NCBI RefSeq assembly: GCF_006345805.1
Contig: NC_042999.1
Span: 94,054,001 to 94,118,000, forward strand
Length of the DNA stretch: 64,000 nucleotides
Direction: 5' to 3'
Origin: Octopus sinensis
Lineage: Eukaryota
The notes beneath the pieces are model-generated. The model was not told the origin of the DNA. It saw only the letters and a program-made list of their open reading frames with translations, and did not search any database. Made by a program: the position numbers and the translations under genes. Each line of letters starts with the position of its first letter. The stretch's first letter is position 1. Positions 37,225-49,739 of this stretch are shown piece after piece.

Positions 37225-38335
37225 TAGCAATTGAGTGGTTTGATAAGAAGGTGGGGTTAAGACAGGGTTGTGTGTTGTCTCAATTTATAGATAGATGGCG
37301 TGGTGAGAGAAGTAAATATTAGCACCTTATGCAGGAGAGTTCAAATAGTGGGAAGAATGGAGAGAACTGGCAGGTGAGTCAGTTGTTTTTTGCTGATGGT
37401 GCTGTACAGTTACCGGATTCGGAAGAGCAGCTGAGGAGAATGGCGGTAGAGTTTGGAAAAGTGTGTGAAAGGGGGAAACCGAAAGTGAATGTAGCTAAGA
37501 GTAAGGTGATGAGATTTTCGAGAGATGGAATGGCTTGTAGGAGGGATGTGAATATAAATAGTGAGATGTTAGAAGATGTGAGTGTCTTTAAATATCTGTG
37601 ATCACATGTAACGGTGGATGGGAAGTTGTCTGAGGAAGTGGGATATAGACTGAGGGAGTCAAGTAAGGTGCTTGGAGTTGTGGAATGTATGCTGAGAGAT
37701 AAAAGGCGTAATTGTTTCAACAATGTTATATGGAGCAGAGACTGAGAGAGGCAGTAAGGAGGGGACTAAATGTGTTTGCGATGAGAGGTTTGAGGGCTAT
37801 GGTTTGTGTGACACAGATGGAAAGGATGAGGAATGAGGAAGTGTTAAGGCGAGAAGAAAAAGAGAAAAACTAACAACCAAAATGGATAGACGAATGCTGA
37901 GGTAGTTTGACTACATGGAGAGGATGGACGAGGGGTGGATGGTAAGGAGCGTGAATAAGGCAGAAGTGGTAAGCAGCAGAACCAAATGCAGACCTGGGTT
38001 TATGTGTATGGATGAAGTGAGGAAAGCTTTGGTGGGTAAAAGTGTTGGAACGAGAAAGGCAAAAGAGTTTATAAATTATAGGGAAGCTTCTAAAGTCTTT
38101 ATTGATGGATGAGTGAATTTGATGTTTGTTCGAAGGGTTACACAACCAGCATGATGCGGCGAGTGTAAACTAACAGAGGCCATCGGGCCCCGATATTGAT
38201 ATTGGCGGTTGCGTCCTATGCCTTGATTCAAGCATAGAACGGGGGTCGCCTCTTTGAGATAGGAAGTGAATGGAACGCCTGGTGTGTGTCTTGTTGTGGC
38301 TGCCCCCACAACAAAAAGGAGAATAGGCTTGAGTA
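37225..38335 (+). mobile_element. RTE-clade LINE, 3' half (RT + 3' UTR)
   Basis: EWFDKKVGLRQGCVLS, WQVSQLFFADG, KVNVAKSKVMR, FKYL, MLR*FDYMERMDEG, RP..MDEVRK; 3' UTR ends in (GTAT)n. Confidence 0.85.
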
Positions 38336-38390
38336 TGTATGTATATGTATGTATGTATGTATGTGTATATGTATGTATGTATGTATATAT

Positions 38391-38449
<59 letters not shown>

Positions 38450-38450
38450 T

Positions 38451-40885
38451 ACGCCGGTATACCACCTGATAGGATTATTTGCATCCTGTTTAAGTCAAGT
38501 TTTGTTTATGGCTCGTTCAAGTAACGAGTTCATGTTGAGTGAGCTGTATCCAGGTATGCGTGGCTTATCCGGTATTCCCTGCAGAAATCTGTCCAGACTC
38601 CGTTTAAAGATCTGTTTCCTCTTTGACCTCATTCGAGACAATGTTAAACAGGGCAGGGCCTGTTCAAGAAAAAACTCTGTCACAGTGTACCGACATGTTA
38701 TTATCCTGAATTGGGCAGGGGGGGGTATAGCCTGTGGTCCTAGCCTTGGATGAACCTTGAAACTAAAATTCAGGTCGTTTGAGCAATGCTGGCAGTATAT
38801 TCTCCACATCGTACAGATGATGTACCGCTCGCGGCGGCGCTGGAGAGAGTAGAGTTTCAATGCTTTAAGGCGGTCCCTGTAATCGAGATCAGTCATGCCT
38901 TCAATTCGTTTAGTGAGTGCTCTCTGGGGTGATTCAATCCTAGGGATGTTTTACTTTGTATGGGGAGACCACAAGAGGTAGTAGTATTCGAGGTGTGGCC
39001 ATTCAAAGGAGGAGAAAAGTGGAATGATGACACATTGTTCTCTAGACCGGAAGTTTCTTAAGATCCAGGAGCCCATCCTACGAGCTATATCGACCTTATT
39101 CTTGATGTTGGCACTCCAAATGAGATTGTTATCAACAATTACACCCAGGTCTCTGATAATATTATATGGCGTGAGCGGTTCCCTGAAGGAAGAGTATATG
39201 GCTGTTTTAGTATAGACTTTCTTCCAAAATGCATCAGCTCAAATTTTCCCTCGTTCATTTGCATTTTGTTTTTGGATGCCCATTGATTCACAGCATATAG
39301 ATCAGACTGGAGTTGAGTTCAGTTTTCTTCTTCATTGATGATATGCTGGAGCTTAGAGTCATCAGCAAATGTTTTTTTTTTTACTTTGTAGTGATTTACG
39401 ACGATGGAAAGGTCATTTATGTAAATTATAAAGAGGAGCGGGCCCAAGACAGTCCCCTGAGGGACCCCTTGGTGACTTTTGCTGAGCTTGAGTGGACTCC
39501 ATCGACCACAACATATTATGTTCTATTCGCCAGGAAATACTTAATCCAGTGGAGAAGTTTTCCACTGATTCCAACATTTGCCAATTTTGAGAGTAGGATA
39601 TTATGGTCAACCTTGTCGAACGCTTTACTGAAGTCAAAATATATGACATCAGAGTTCGAACGTGTTCCCAAGGTTTTAAGTGTATCTTCAATGTGGTGTA
39701 AGAGCTGTGTTAGGCAGTCCCTGCCACAGCGAAAGCCATGCTGATTTGCATTTAGGAGGTTGTGGGTCTCCAGGAAGTCAGCTATCCTTGATCTTACCAC
39801 TCTTTCAAACACTTTAATGATGTGAGTGAAATTGGGTGATAGTTGACTGCGTGGGATCTGCTTCCCTGTCTGAAAACCGGGATGACAGACTGGGATAGGG
39901 GCTGCTTCGGTATATAACCTGAGTCCAAAGAATTTCTCCTGACGTTGGTCAGAGCGCCTGCAAGTTGGTGTCTACATTCCTTCAGGAGACTAGAGGGAAA
40001 TTTATCAGGGCATACGGCAGAATAGTATTTAACCTAATTTATTGCTGCTATGATGTTAGAGGCTGTGAAGGTTTTGTCCGAGATTTTATGTTGGGAATCA
40101 ACATTCTTCGCTTCTCAATATCAGTGGGATCACTAAAGACAAAGGGAGCAGTATTTCTGCCATTTCTTTATCATGATGTTGGGGGATGCCGTGATCATCG
40201 ATGAATGGCTGAATGGGTGAGACAGCAGTTCTATGCTTATTTGCATAATAATAGAACCCTTTTGGGTTCTGTCTGATGTTTTTGATTAGCCACCGTTCTT
40301 CCGCAACTCTTTGATTTTCAATGGATGTTTTCATGACGGTCTGCAGATGAAGTTTTTCCAACTCCAGCCATTTCATTGTTGTTGAATGTGGATGTTGTAT
40401 GTTGGAGTATTTTAATTGGTTGATTTTTTTTATCGAGTCTTTTGATGCACCTGATGGTGTTTTTCTTCATTTTAGGGAACCGATTTCCGTTTGTCTTAGT
40501 GGATTTCGTAGGAGCATGTTTTGAGGATGTAGAGGTGACAATGTTCTCAAAGTGCTGCCATGCGGTCTCAATGCGAGTGGAACTGAGAGTGAAAGTCCAG
40601 TCGATGAAGGACATACCCTTTCTGATTGCTCCCCAGTCCGCTTTGTGGAAGTTTATGAGTGCCATGGATTGGGTTGGCTGGTTTGGTTTTGATATGAAGG
40701 GAATTAAAATTGCAGAGTATCATGTCGTGGTCTGAGATGAGAGTTTTTTTCAACTGAAATACTGTGAACTGAGCTAGAGTGGTTGGTTAATATTAGATCC
40801 AAGATAGTTTTATTATGTCTTGTTAGTTCAAGCACTAGCTGAATGAGGAAGAATTTATCCACTAGATTAAAGGGTAATTCTACTG
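38451..40885 (-). mobile_element. CR1/L2-like LINE copy A (APE end + RT + C-terminus), frameshifted
   Basis: TRHNKTILDLILTN, QHGFRCGRDCLTQLL, DVIYFDFSKAFDKVDH, LYSLQRRRERY. Flanked on both sides by (TA)n. Confidence 0.92.
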
Positions 40886-40922
40886 CATAAATACATATTA
40901 TATACATACATACATATATATA

Positions 40923-40985
<63 letters not shown>

Positions 40986-40987
40986 AT

Positions 40988-42103
40988 AAAACTTAAAACT
41001 TAGATAAAACTTAGATATGTTTCGACCAGAGATTGGTCCAGGCCATGTCTAACTTAATAGCACCACCTGATAGGATTATTCGAATCCTGTTTAAGTCAAG
41101 TTTTGTTCAAGTAGTGAGTTCTTGTTGGGTCAGTTGTATCCAGTTTTGTTCAAGTAGTGAGTTCTTGTTGGGTGAGTTGTATCCAAATATGGGTGGCTTG
41201 TCTGGTATTCTTTGAAGGAATCTATCCAGACTCTGTTTGAAGTTGATGGGATCCTTTTCCTCTTTGATCTCCCTCGGGACAATGTTAAATAGGGCAGGGC
41301 CTGTTGAGGAAAAGAAATTATGTTGCAGTGTACATGTATGTTGTGATCTTGAATTTGGCAGGGGACGTATAGCCCGTGGTCCAAGTCTCGGACGAACCTT
41401 GAGGCAAAGTTGGCGGTATATTTTCCACATCGTACAAATGATGTACCGCTCACGGCGACGCTGCAGGGAGTAAAGTTTCAAGGCTTTAAGGCGATCCCAA
41501 TAGTCGAGAGCAGCCATGCCTTCAATTTGTTTAGTGAGAGCCCTCTGGGGTGACTCAATTCTGGAGATGTTTTGTCTTGTGTGAGGAGACCACAGTGGGC
41601 AGCAGTATTCAAGGTGTGGCCGTACAAAGGATGAAAAAAGTGGTATGATGACACCTTGTTCTCTGGACCGGAAAGTTCTTAAGATCCAGGAACTCATCCT
41701 ACGAGCTGTATCGACCTTCTTGTTGATGTGTGCACTCCAACTGAGATCGTCATCAACAATTACACCCAGGTCTCTGATATTGTTAGAGGCTGTGAGCGGT
41801 TCCCCTGAAGGAAGAGAGTATGGTTGTTTTAGTGAGGAATTTCTTCCAAAATGCATCAGCTCAAATTTTCCCTCATTCAGTTGCATTTTGTTTCTGTCTG
41901 CCCATTGACTCACAGCATATAGGTCAGACTGGAGTTGAGTTCGGTCTGCTTCTTCATTGACGATTTGCTGGAGCTTAGTGTCATCAGCGAATATTTTCAC
42001 TTTGCAGTGATGTACGACACTGGAAAGGTCGTTTACATAAATTATGAAGAGTAGCGGACCCAAAACAGTTCCCTGGGGACACAGCTGGTGACTTTTGCTG
42101 GGT
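40988..42103 (-). mobile_element. CR1/L2-like LINE copy B, 5'-truncated, intact 3' end
   Basis: Same family as copy A; 3' stem-loop GACCA/TGGTC and tail (ATCTAAGTTTT)x2. Flanked by (TA)n on both sides. Confidence 0.93.
41107..42063 (-). pseudogene. Reverse transcriptase C-terminal half, 318 open codons, 5'-truncated
   Basis: GPLLFIIYVNDL, KIFADDTKL, RDLGVIVD, RPHLEYCCPLWSP, LYSLQRRRERY. Confidence 0.9.
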
Positions 42104-42123
42104 TATATATATATATATATTAT

Positions 42124-42171
<48 letters not shown>

Positions 42172-42589
42172 ATATATATGATATATATGTGTGTGTGTGT
42201 ATGCTTGTGTTTGTGTGCATATCTGTGTGCGATCGTGTCTGTGTGTGTGTGCAGAGAGTGAGAAAAGGAAAGAGGGGGAGAGGGAGAGAGAGAGAAAGAG
42301 GCAGAGAGAAAGAGAAACTGGTAAATCGAGTGTGAGAGGTAGATGGCTACGACAATATATTATGCTATGTTGAGAAGAGTGAATATTTGTGCTATTATTT
42401 TATGAATACTTATGCGATGATTACCTATATATAATAGATTATTGTTTTACCAGCTTAACACATACGTTCATATCTATCTAAAAGCCATTCAATGACAACG
42501 AAAATCAGTTGAATTTGTCGTGTAATATGATATTATTTTAGCCTTTCACTTGTTTCAGTTGACTGCGGCCGTTCTTGGGCACCAGATTT

Positions 42590-44200
42590 AACTCATGGTC
42601 CCTTTTCTTGCAAACTGATAACATGCGTGCCTCAAATTTCAATCTCATTGCTAAAAGAGTTGTTCATGTCTTTAATAACCGAAGCGAGAGACAAATAGAG
42701 TATAAACCGAAACACATTTCTACTTCGTATCGCACCGTGGGTAAACACGTGGAAAACTAGCTCGAATTTTTTTATCCACCACAGCCCATGATGAACAACA
42801 ATAACTACAACAATCACATCAACAGCTAAAAGAACAACAACAGGATCGTGGCCACATTTCCTCCCCCTCCTCCTGCTGCTACTGCTACTACACTAAGTAG
42901 CCAACGTCAAACATTTCATTCTACTTCTGCCAGTGACTATCCCAACCACATCTACATCCTTCCTAACCCACCACCACAGCTCCACTTACAAACTCAAGTA
43001 CCATTGCTACTACTACTATCTCGGCAAACGTACAAAATCAGCCACTGCTCCTTTTCCCCCTCTCCAGTCCCCACTACCCTATTACCATTATTAAAGTCAA
43101 ACAATTCCTAATCTCAAACTATTTACAATCCACTCCCCTCTACAACAATCTCAAGTTCAATTCACATTCCAAAAATATGCCGTCATTCCCTACGCGAAAG
43201 GCTAAGTACAAACCGTGATTGTAATTTCACTCATCTTCCAGCAACAAGACGCTCAAACATCAGATACTACCCCCACAATTTCTCTTCTACTACTGGAACA
43301 CCACAAAAATCAAGAAATCTTAATCTGCCGTTACTCCCAGTGTGAGAGAGTATGTTTACAGCAACATTGTAATTTACCGTCGACGTACAAATTAAAAACA
43401 ATACTACCAGCCACCACCAAAATCCACTTCACAAGTATCCACCCCATTGCAGTAGCATCGGTGTGCACCTTTCCCACAAACTTGGTTACAAGCACACACC
43501 CAACGTGAACAAAAATAAAAACGAAAATAAATCTAATGGCACGAATTTCCCGAACAGCGCAGGAAAATGGAGAACATCTATTCGAAGCATTAGAAGCAAC
43601 CGACATTACTGTGAATGTAAATACAACTCCAGCCACGAAGTTCTCCTTAACCAGGTTCATTATTCTTTTTTATTCATGCGGAAACTAGCCAAAGGGATCC
43701 AGAAGAATATCTTGGTTATCACACGGAATAACCTCTGCCGCTACCTCATTGCAAAACCTATCCTCCTCACTAAAAACGTCTAACCAGGCCACTACTCCAG
43801 TCTCAACATTCTTATTCAATTTACAAGGCATCTGCACACCCTTCCATGCAAAAAGATGGAAGATCCAATTCATTGAGGACTGGGTTACCGACCACACTCA
43901 TGACATTCCTTTCTTTATCCTTACTGAAACTCCCACTTGACAACTCCACTTGGAAGCTGAAGTAAAATCGAGGAATTTCACCACAATCCGAGGAGACCGC
44001 ATCGGTAGAAGAAAGCGGGGAGTTTCCATTTTCCTCCGTGTCTCATTTTCTACAGAAACAAATGTCTCATTTTCCAATGGCTATTGTGAATCAGTATCTC
44101 TCTATAACAAAACGAATGATTTAGCAATATTTGGGCTTTATCAATCACATACATGTCCATTTTACTCATTAAAATTTTTTTTTTTATATTTCTATTCAGA
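42590..44200 (+). mobile_element. CR1/L2-like LINE 5' part (ORF1-like low-complexity region + APE N-terminal half)
   Basis: LFNLQGICTP...FFILTETP, EAEV...TIRGDRIGRRKRGVSIFL, SNGYCES match the APE N-terminus. Upstream region is T/P/H-rich and decayed. Confidence 0.75.
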
Positions 44201-44284
44201 GTCTTGCAACATCACCAGTAATTAATATATTACGATTTTCGCATTTATCAAATGAATTGATTTTAAAAAATAGAAACTCATTAA

Positions 44285-44710
44285 TACTACGAATGTAATC
44301 TTATTGCTTGTGTTAACAATACTACTGAAAATGATGGGGAACAAGTGTATAAAGCTGATGAAGATGATATGGTTGCTCATTATGATAACGGCATTAACAA
44401 TATTTATGCCTTTGGTATCGAATTTGAAGATTTTACAAATATATAAGAATGGCGCCATATTTTATGCAGTGAATATGTGGAAAGTTTTTACAATGATTTT
44501 GAAGAGTGATTTGAATAATAAAAGGGATTTCATATGTCGCCAAACTGTCGTAGATGAAAATATGGTCAACACAATGGGACATGTGAAGTTACAAAAAATG
44601 CAATGTGTTATTTCAACATTTGTTGATTACAAAGGTTACTTACATTGCCCTACGACATAGATTCTGGTGCATGTGCAGCAAATGATATCGAGGCTATAAT
44701 TTTATGCTAA
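44285..44710 (+). pseudogene. Unidentified coding-like remnant
   Basis: 53 open acidic codons (YYECNLIACVNNTTENDGEQVYKADEDDMVAHYDNG...), then 6 TAA/TGA stops in the remainder of 142 codons. The +1 frame is open for 118 codons. Confidence 0.35.
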
Positions 44711-44898
44711 TTTATCATTACTCAGAGAAAGAAGAAACATGAAAATCGATCCCATTGGCACATATACTCAAGGCGCATATAGCATATCTACTCGTCTGTA
44801 ACACACGGCTATGAGTCATAGTACCTTCTCAGGCACTGCTTTCAAAAATTAAAGTTTTTTCAGCTTGCGTCCAGGCACGCATGCACGCATACACACAA

Positions 44899-44956
<58 letters not shown>

Positions 44957-45430
44957 ACATGGAAACGTGTATGAAGTATACCCTGTTGACGCAGAGACAA
45001 TTTGCATGTATTCTTAACGACTTATAGTATGTGAAAGAGGAATTCCAATCTGGTTAGGCTGGAAAACATTTTAAGTGATCAATAACCTAAACACTTGGTT
45101 TGTGCTAATGTAAAATTGCTTGGAATTGAGAAAATGCAATCTTGTATATAGCCGCTCTCCCAATCTGCATACACAATATAATACCAAACCAAAAAAAAAC
45201 AACTGAGAAATGACTGCTCGTTGGCTATTGTTATACAATCTAAAATGTATTTCATTACCATTGCATGGTAACTAAAACGGGTGAAAAAATTTCAAAGCCA
45301 TTTTGATAAAGATGTTGGGATATTAAGATATATTTCGGGTATGCTTTCCATTGAAATTATAGCAAAACAACATTTGTTTTTGATATTATTACAGCAAGCA
45401 CTAAAAAGCGATTTTGTCTTAGTAATTTGT

Positions 45431-45490
45431 AGGAGTTGAATCCACATTTTTATGATCTAAAGAGCAACACGTCAACCACTGCATCACAAA
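45431..45490 (-). mobile_element. Isolated tRNA-like SINE head
   Basis: gtgatgcagtggtt (A-box-like) ... ggattcaactcc (B-box-like); no intact cloverleaf. Confidence 0.4.
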
Positions 45491-47866
45491 AGAATGGAAA
45501 TTTTAAGACATCAGTAACGAAATCTCGTATGCATTGACTCTTTCTTATGATCACTTATTAAAATATATCATATCGAGACAATCGACGGAAACTTTGAAAT
45601 ATTTTGGTCATTATCAATATTTGAATGTAGGGTCGTAGTTGACAATCACTTTATAAAAGGCCATCTCCGTTGTATGGGAGGTTAGGTCTCTCCTAGCTAT
45701 TTAATGGAATGCATATACAAATGTAAATGACATTGTAATTGGTATCTGAAATATGATGGACCTTCTAAAGAATATGAACGAAAATCACAAGGACAATATA
45801 TGTGTAACCGCACGCCATTTTATAAATCTTCATTGCATTTTATTTAAATGGTTGTTATTTCCTTTCTAATGAGTAACGTGGAAGGAAAAGTTAGCAGGAA
45901 GTTATCGAAATTGATTAACATCAACCACCTTCATAATAAGCAGATAACTATTTGCCAACATCTTAGACTACAGTAATCATATGTGAAATGTTAAGTGACA
46001 ATTTTTTGTTTGATAGCAATTATGTTTCTTTTGTTGTTAAATTAGATTATACTTTGGTACTTAAGAGCACAAGATTTCAACGGCTAGATAAGTGTTAATG
46101 TGCAATCATCTTATGTATAAGGGTTATCGTGCATAACATGAGATCCAGTCTCAATTTATTATTCGTTTCCAAATTAAATTATATGAGAGACTTTATTTAT
46201 GCGTTAATTTAAAACTCGCAGTGAGTATTCTATTTAAAATACCGCACCAGTCCCTACACCAGTCAGAAGTTCGTTCTTTCAAAAGCATTACCACTTTATT
46301 TTACTTATTTTGTAAAGCAAAAAATGCAGTACTCTAGATGAATTTCCAAACTCGTGCTCGCTCTACTCTTCGTATACTCCACGCTTTCAAGAGAAATGAA
46401 ACTTAAATTAGATTTTAAAATATTTTTACAAGAGGACAACAAACCATAGGAGTGGTTGACCGATTCTACTTGATTATTACTCTACTCTCATACGATGTAC
46501 TTCTCATTGTCGTTACCCAACTTTGTTAAATCTACACTCATCAGGTAGTTTAATTTGTTTTGCTATGCATTGTATTTTCATATTTATGTATGTTACAATT
46601 GTGTGGTATTCCTCTTCTCTCTCAGTATATACTATGTGTGTGAGCTTATCTTATAATATATATAACTATGTCTAAAGATAGAAATAGATATGTTAAATAC
46701 TATCAACTTTTTACCTTTAAGCTACATTAAAAACTACCTACTCTGACAACTATCTTTCTTTTTTTACAGTAAGCCAATAGCATAGACTGCTGTTTATTTC
46801 ATTAGTCTTAGAAAGCTTTGTCAACGAATTCGGTTTAAAGCATATATGTAGAGATATTTCTTATATTATTTTTCCCACTTAAGCTGTGGATTTTGGGATA
46901 TTGTTTGAAATAGAAAAGATTACAAATTTTCTTGCTAAAAGCAGTCTCCATCAAATACATTGGCCATCAATTTTATTTTCTACAACGTTTCTAGTTTTCA
47001 AAATAATTTTCGAATGTTTTGTTCAACTTGAAGGATATAGGGAACAGGTAAATGTATACCTTTGTCTACTGTGATTCCTCTGCAAATAAAGTTTAAGCAA
47101 TATTATTGGACTGAGATCATCTGGGGACATTTTATGATTACAATTTACTAAAAACTTTTAATCATGTTAATTCATATACAAATGTTGATATTACAAACCA
47201 CTTTCGAATTATTGTCTTCTTGGCATGGAAACTTGCAATTGTATTAAACTATTTCACTCAATATTTCATTTTAAAAAATACGGCAAGAATAAATCTAATC
47301 AAGACGCATTACAGCCTCAGTCAATTTTCGGGAGTACAGGAAGTATACACTGGTAATAATTACTAATTCTTGGTTCAGATGTTCCTTGTTTTGAAGTCAA
47401 CAATCTCACAGCGATACAATTTACCGGCTTTTAGCAACGTTATTTACTATAAAATTGTATCTACCAAATATAAAGTAATCTCGATAAGTTTTGTAATACC
47501 AAAAGATTAGTATATTACTCAATAACTATGGCGTTTGTATATATAATTAATTGAATACTTTTTATTATTAATTGTTCGTGTCCTACATTGGAAGTTTTAG
47601 ATATTGAAGCGACTGGCCATATATCTGCATACTCAAAATACATAGAGGAACTAACCGAAGGAAATCATAATAAACTGAATCACAAAAGAAAGGTCACACA
47701 CATACTAAATAGAAACCGGCTATCGACAGACAGTTATAACATTGATTGAAGAGTGCTAATTAAGAAACCGTTCTTTCCTAATGATAAAAATCATTTCCTG
47801 AAACATTTTTGACATCACATTGTGTCACATGTGACGAAGTGTCCTGAATTCAAAGAGATGAATTCA

Positions 47867-48135
47867 CTATCTCGTGTGACTACCGTTAGCGTTGATTACC
47901 GCCAGACATCTTCTGCACATTTAATGCACCAAACAAGTGATGAAGGCAATGGAGGTAACAACCCATATTCTATTAGAACTTGCAGTGAGATATGCCGCAG
48001 TTGTCGGCCTTGGACGGATGTCATTTTAACCTTGTTTGGATTTCGTCCCAAATATGCTCTACGTGGTTCAAGTCCTGACTTAGAGCAGGCAGTGTCTGGA
48101 TGTTGTGCTGTTGCTGGACGTCTGTTCTCAACCTG
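47867..48135 (-). mobile_element. Tc1/mariner transposase C-terminal fragment
   Basis: QQHNIQTLPALSQDLNHVEHIWDEIQTRL (WPxxSPDLNPIEHLW motif) and MCRRCLAVINANGSHTR*. Confidence 0.85.
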
Positions 48136-48139
48136 GCAG

Positions 48140-48545
48140 CATGTTTTTAGTTTGACCAATATATTCTTCCCAACACCCTGAGTAAGTTAATACTTATATT
48201 AGGTTTTCCGAAGCACATACGAAGTTATTTTTCACTCTAAAAGGTTGATCATGTTTGAAGGAGAATTCCGAACCTTCAATTAGGTTGATACATATACCAC
48301 AGTTGGGTATTCCACATTTTTTTATTGACGGTTTCAATGTTGTTTGAGAATGTAGTTGGGCCTGTATTATAAGACTTTTTATTGACTTGCGCTGTCTTTT
48401 GCTTATTATGATGGTACGCGTTTGGAGGATTTGATCCCTTCTATGGTCTCTTTTAGTAAAGGGATGCTCTGGAGTATGATATCGAATGACTATTTCTTTA
48501 GGGTGGGTGTTGTGCGTGGATATGTATAGTAGGACGTTTTGGTTG
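48140..48545 (-). mobile_element. Penelope-like fragment (Cys-rich linker + GIY-YIG N-terminus)
   Basis: ISKRQRKSIKSLI...KCGIPNCGIC...FVCASENLI*VLTYSGCWEEYIGQTKN. Confidence 0.85.
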
Positions 48546-48570
48546 TAAATCCTTCTTTAGTTTGGGTGCC

Positions 48571-48615
<45 letters not shown>

Positions 48616-49408
48616 GCACACACATGAAAGATTGACATAAATACATGTAGATTTATGAAATAAATGCGCGTTTGCTTCGCTTCAATCCAATTAGCTGCAT
48701 TAATTACAATTTTTTAAAAAATGAACACGATCTAATTAACTATAGAGATGAGTCTAGAAATGGAAATTACTTTTCTATTATTTTCTGTATACGTATGTTA
48801 AATTTGACAAAGAAATATGGTATTAGTTTGTAGACGATAAAGAATCAGCTTTAATATGTTAAATAATGTAAGCTGCAAAATGTTTAATAACTGATTCATC
48901 ATATTCTGAAGCCATAAATCAATAATATCACTAATTAATTCGTAGGGTTTCACTCATGTATGTAAAGAAATGGTTGATTTGACATTTAACGAAAATGACG
49001 GCCAGGAAGATATAGATATTTTAAGATATTAAAATAATATAGTTTCAAAATTGAATATTCATACAATCATCTAATTTATTTATTTTCATTCCGAGATCTA
49101 TGTGTGGCATCAAATCCTGTATTTAAAAGTTAATAACAGAAAACATAATTGGAAATTATGTTTTGCTGCCATCACGCAAGTTGATTAATCACATATTTTT
49201 CAATAAGGAAAGTCATTTATGTAATAAATTGTACGTCAACTGTCAGCAGAACGTGTTTCAAAACATTTATTCACCTGATCTCATTATTGGTACATTGATA
49301 TTAAATAGAATTTTCCATTATTTGTGAAAAGTTGTCAATATTAAAATGAGTATTCGTCATATTTAAGACGTGACATATGAAAAAGATGTGTGTGGGTGTA
49401 TGAGTATT

Positions 49409-49481
<73 letters not shown>

Positions 49482-49739
49482 CATGGGTTGAAATTGAAAA
49501 ACTGGTTCAGGAGCATCCAGTAGTGCAGATGTATCTCGTCCGGTGATAAATACAACTCGTTAACATATCAGTTCCGCAATGTAACTTCTCGTTTTATAGA
49601 AAGAAAACCATCCAGACTGAGAAAATATATTTATTTACATAGAAGATCAAAATTAAAATCACAGATGGCAAAAAGAGAAAGGAACACGCATTATAACGAG
49701 AAAAGTATTTAAAATAACCGTTAACAAATATGGATGTAT

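Noticed and set aside
37898-37919. TGAGGTAG, the let-7 seed
   Set aside because: It lies inside the RTE coding remnant; the rest of let-7 and the hairpin are absent.
49495-49560. Possible hammerhead downstream of the 50 kb Penelope (CGGACGA...GAAC)
   Set aside because: Both core segments deviate and no stem I can be formed.
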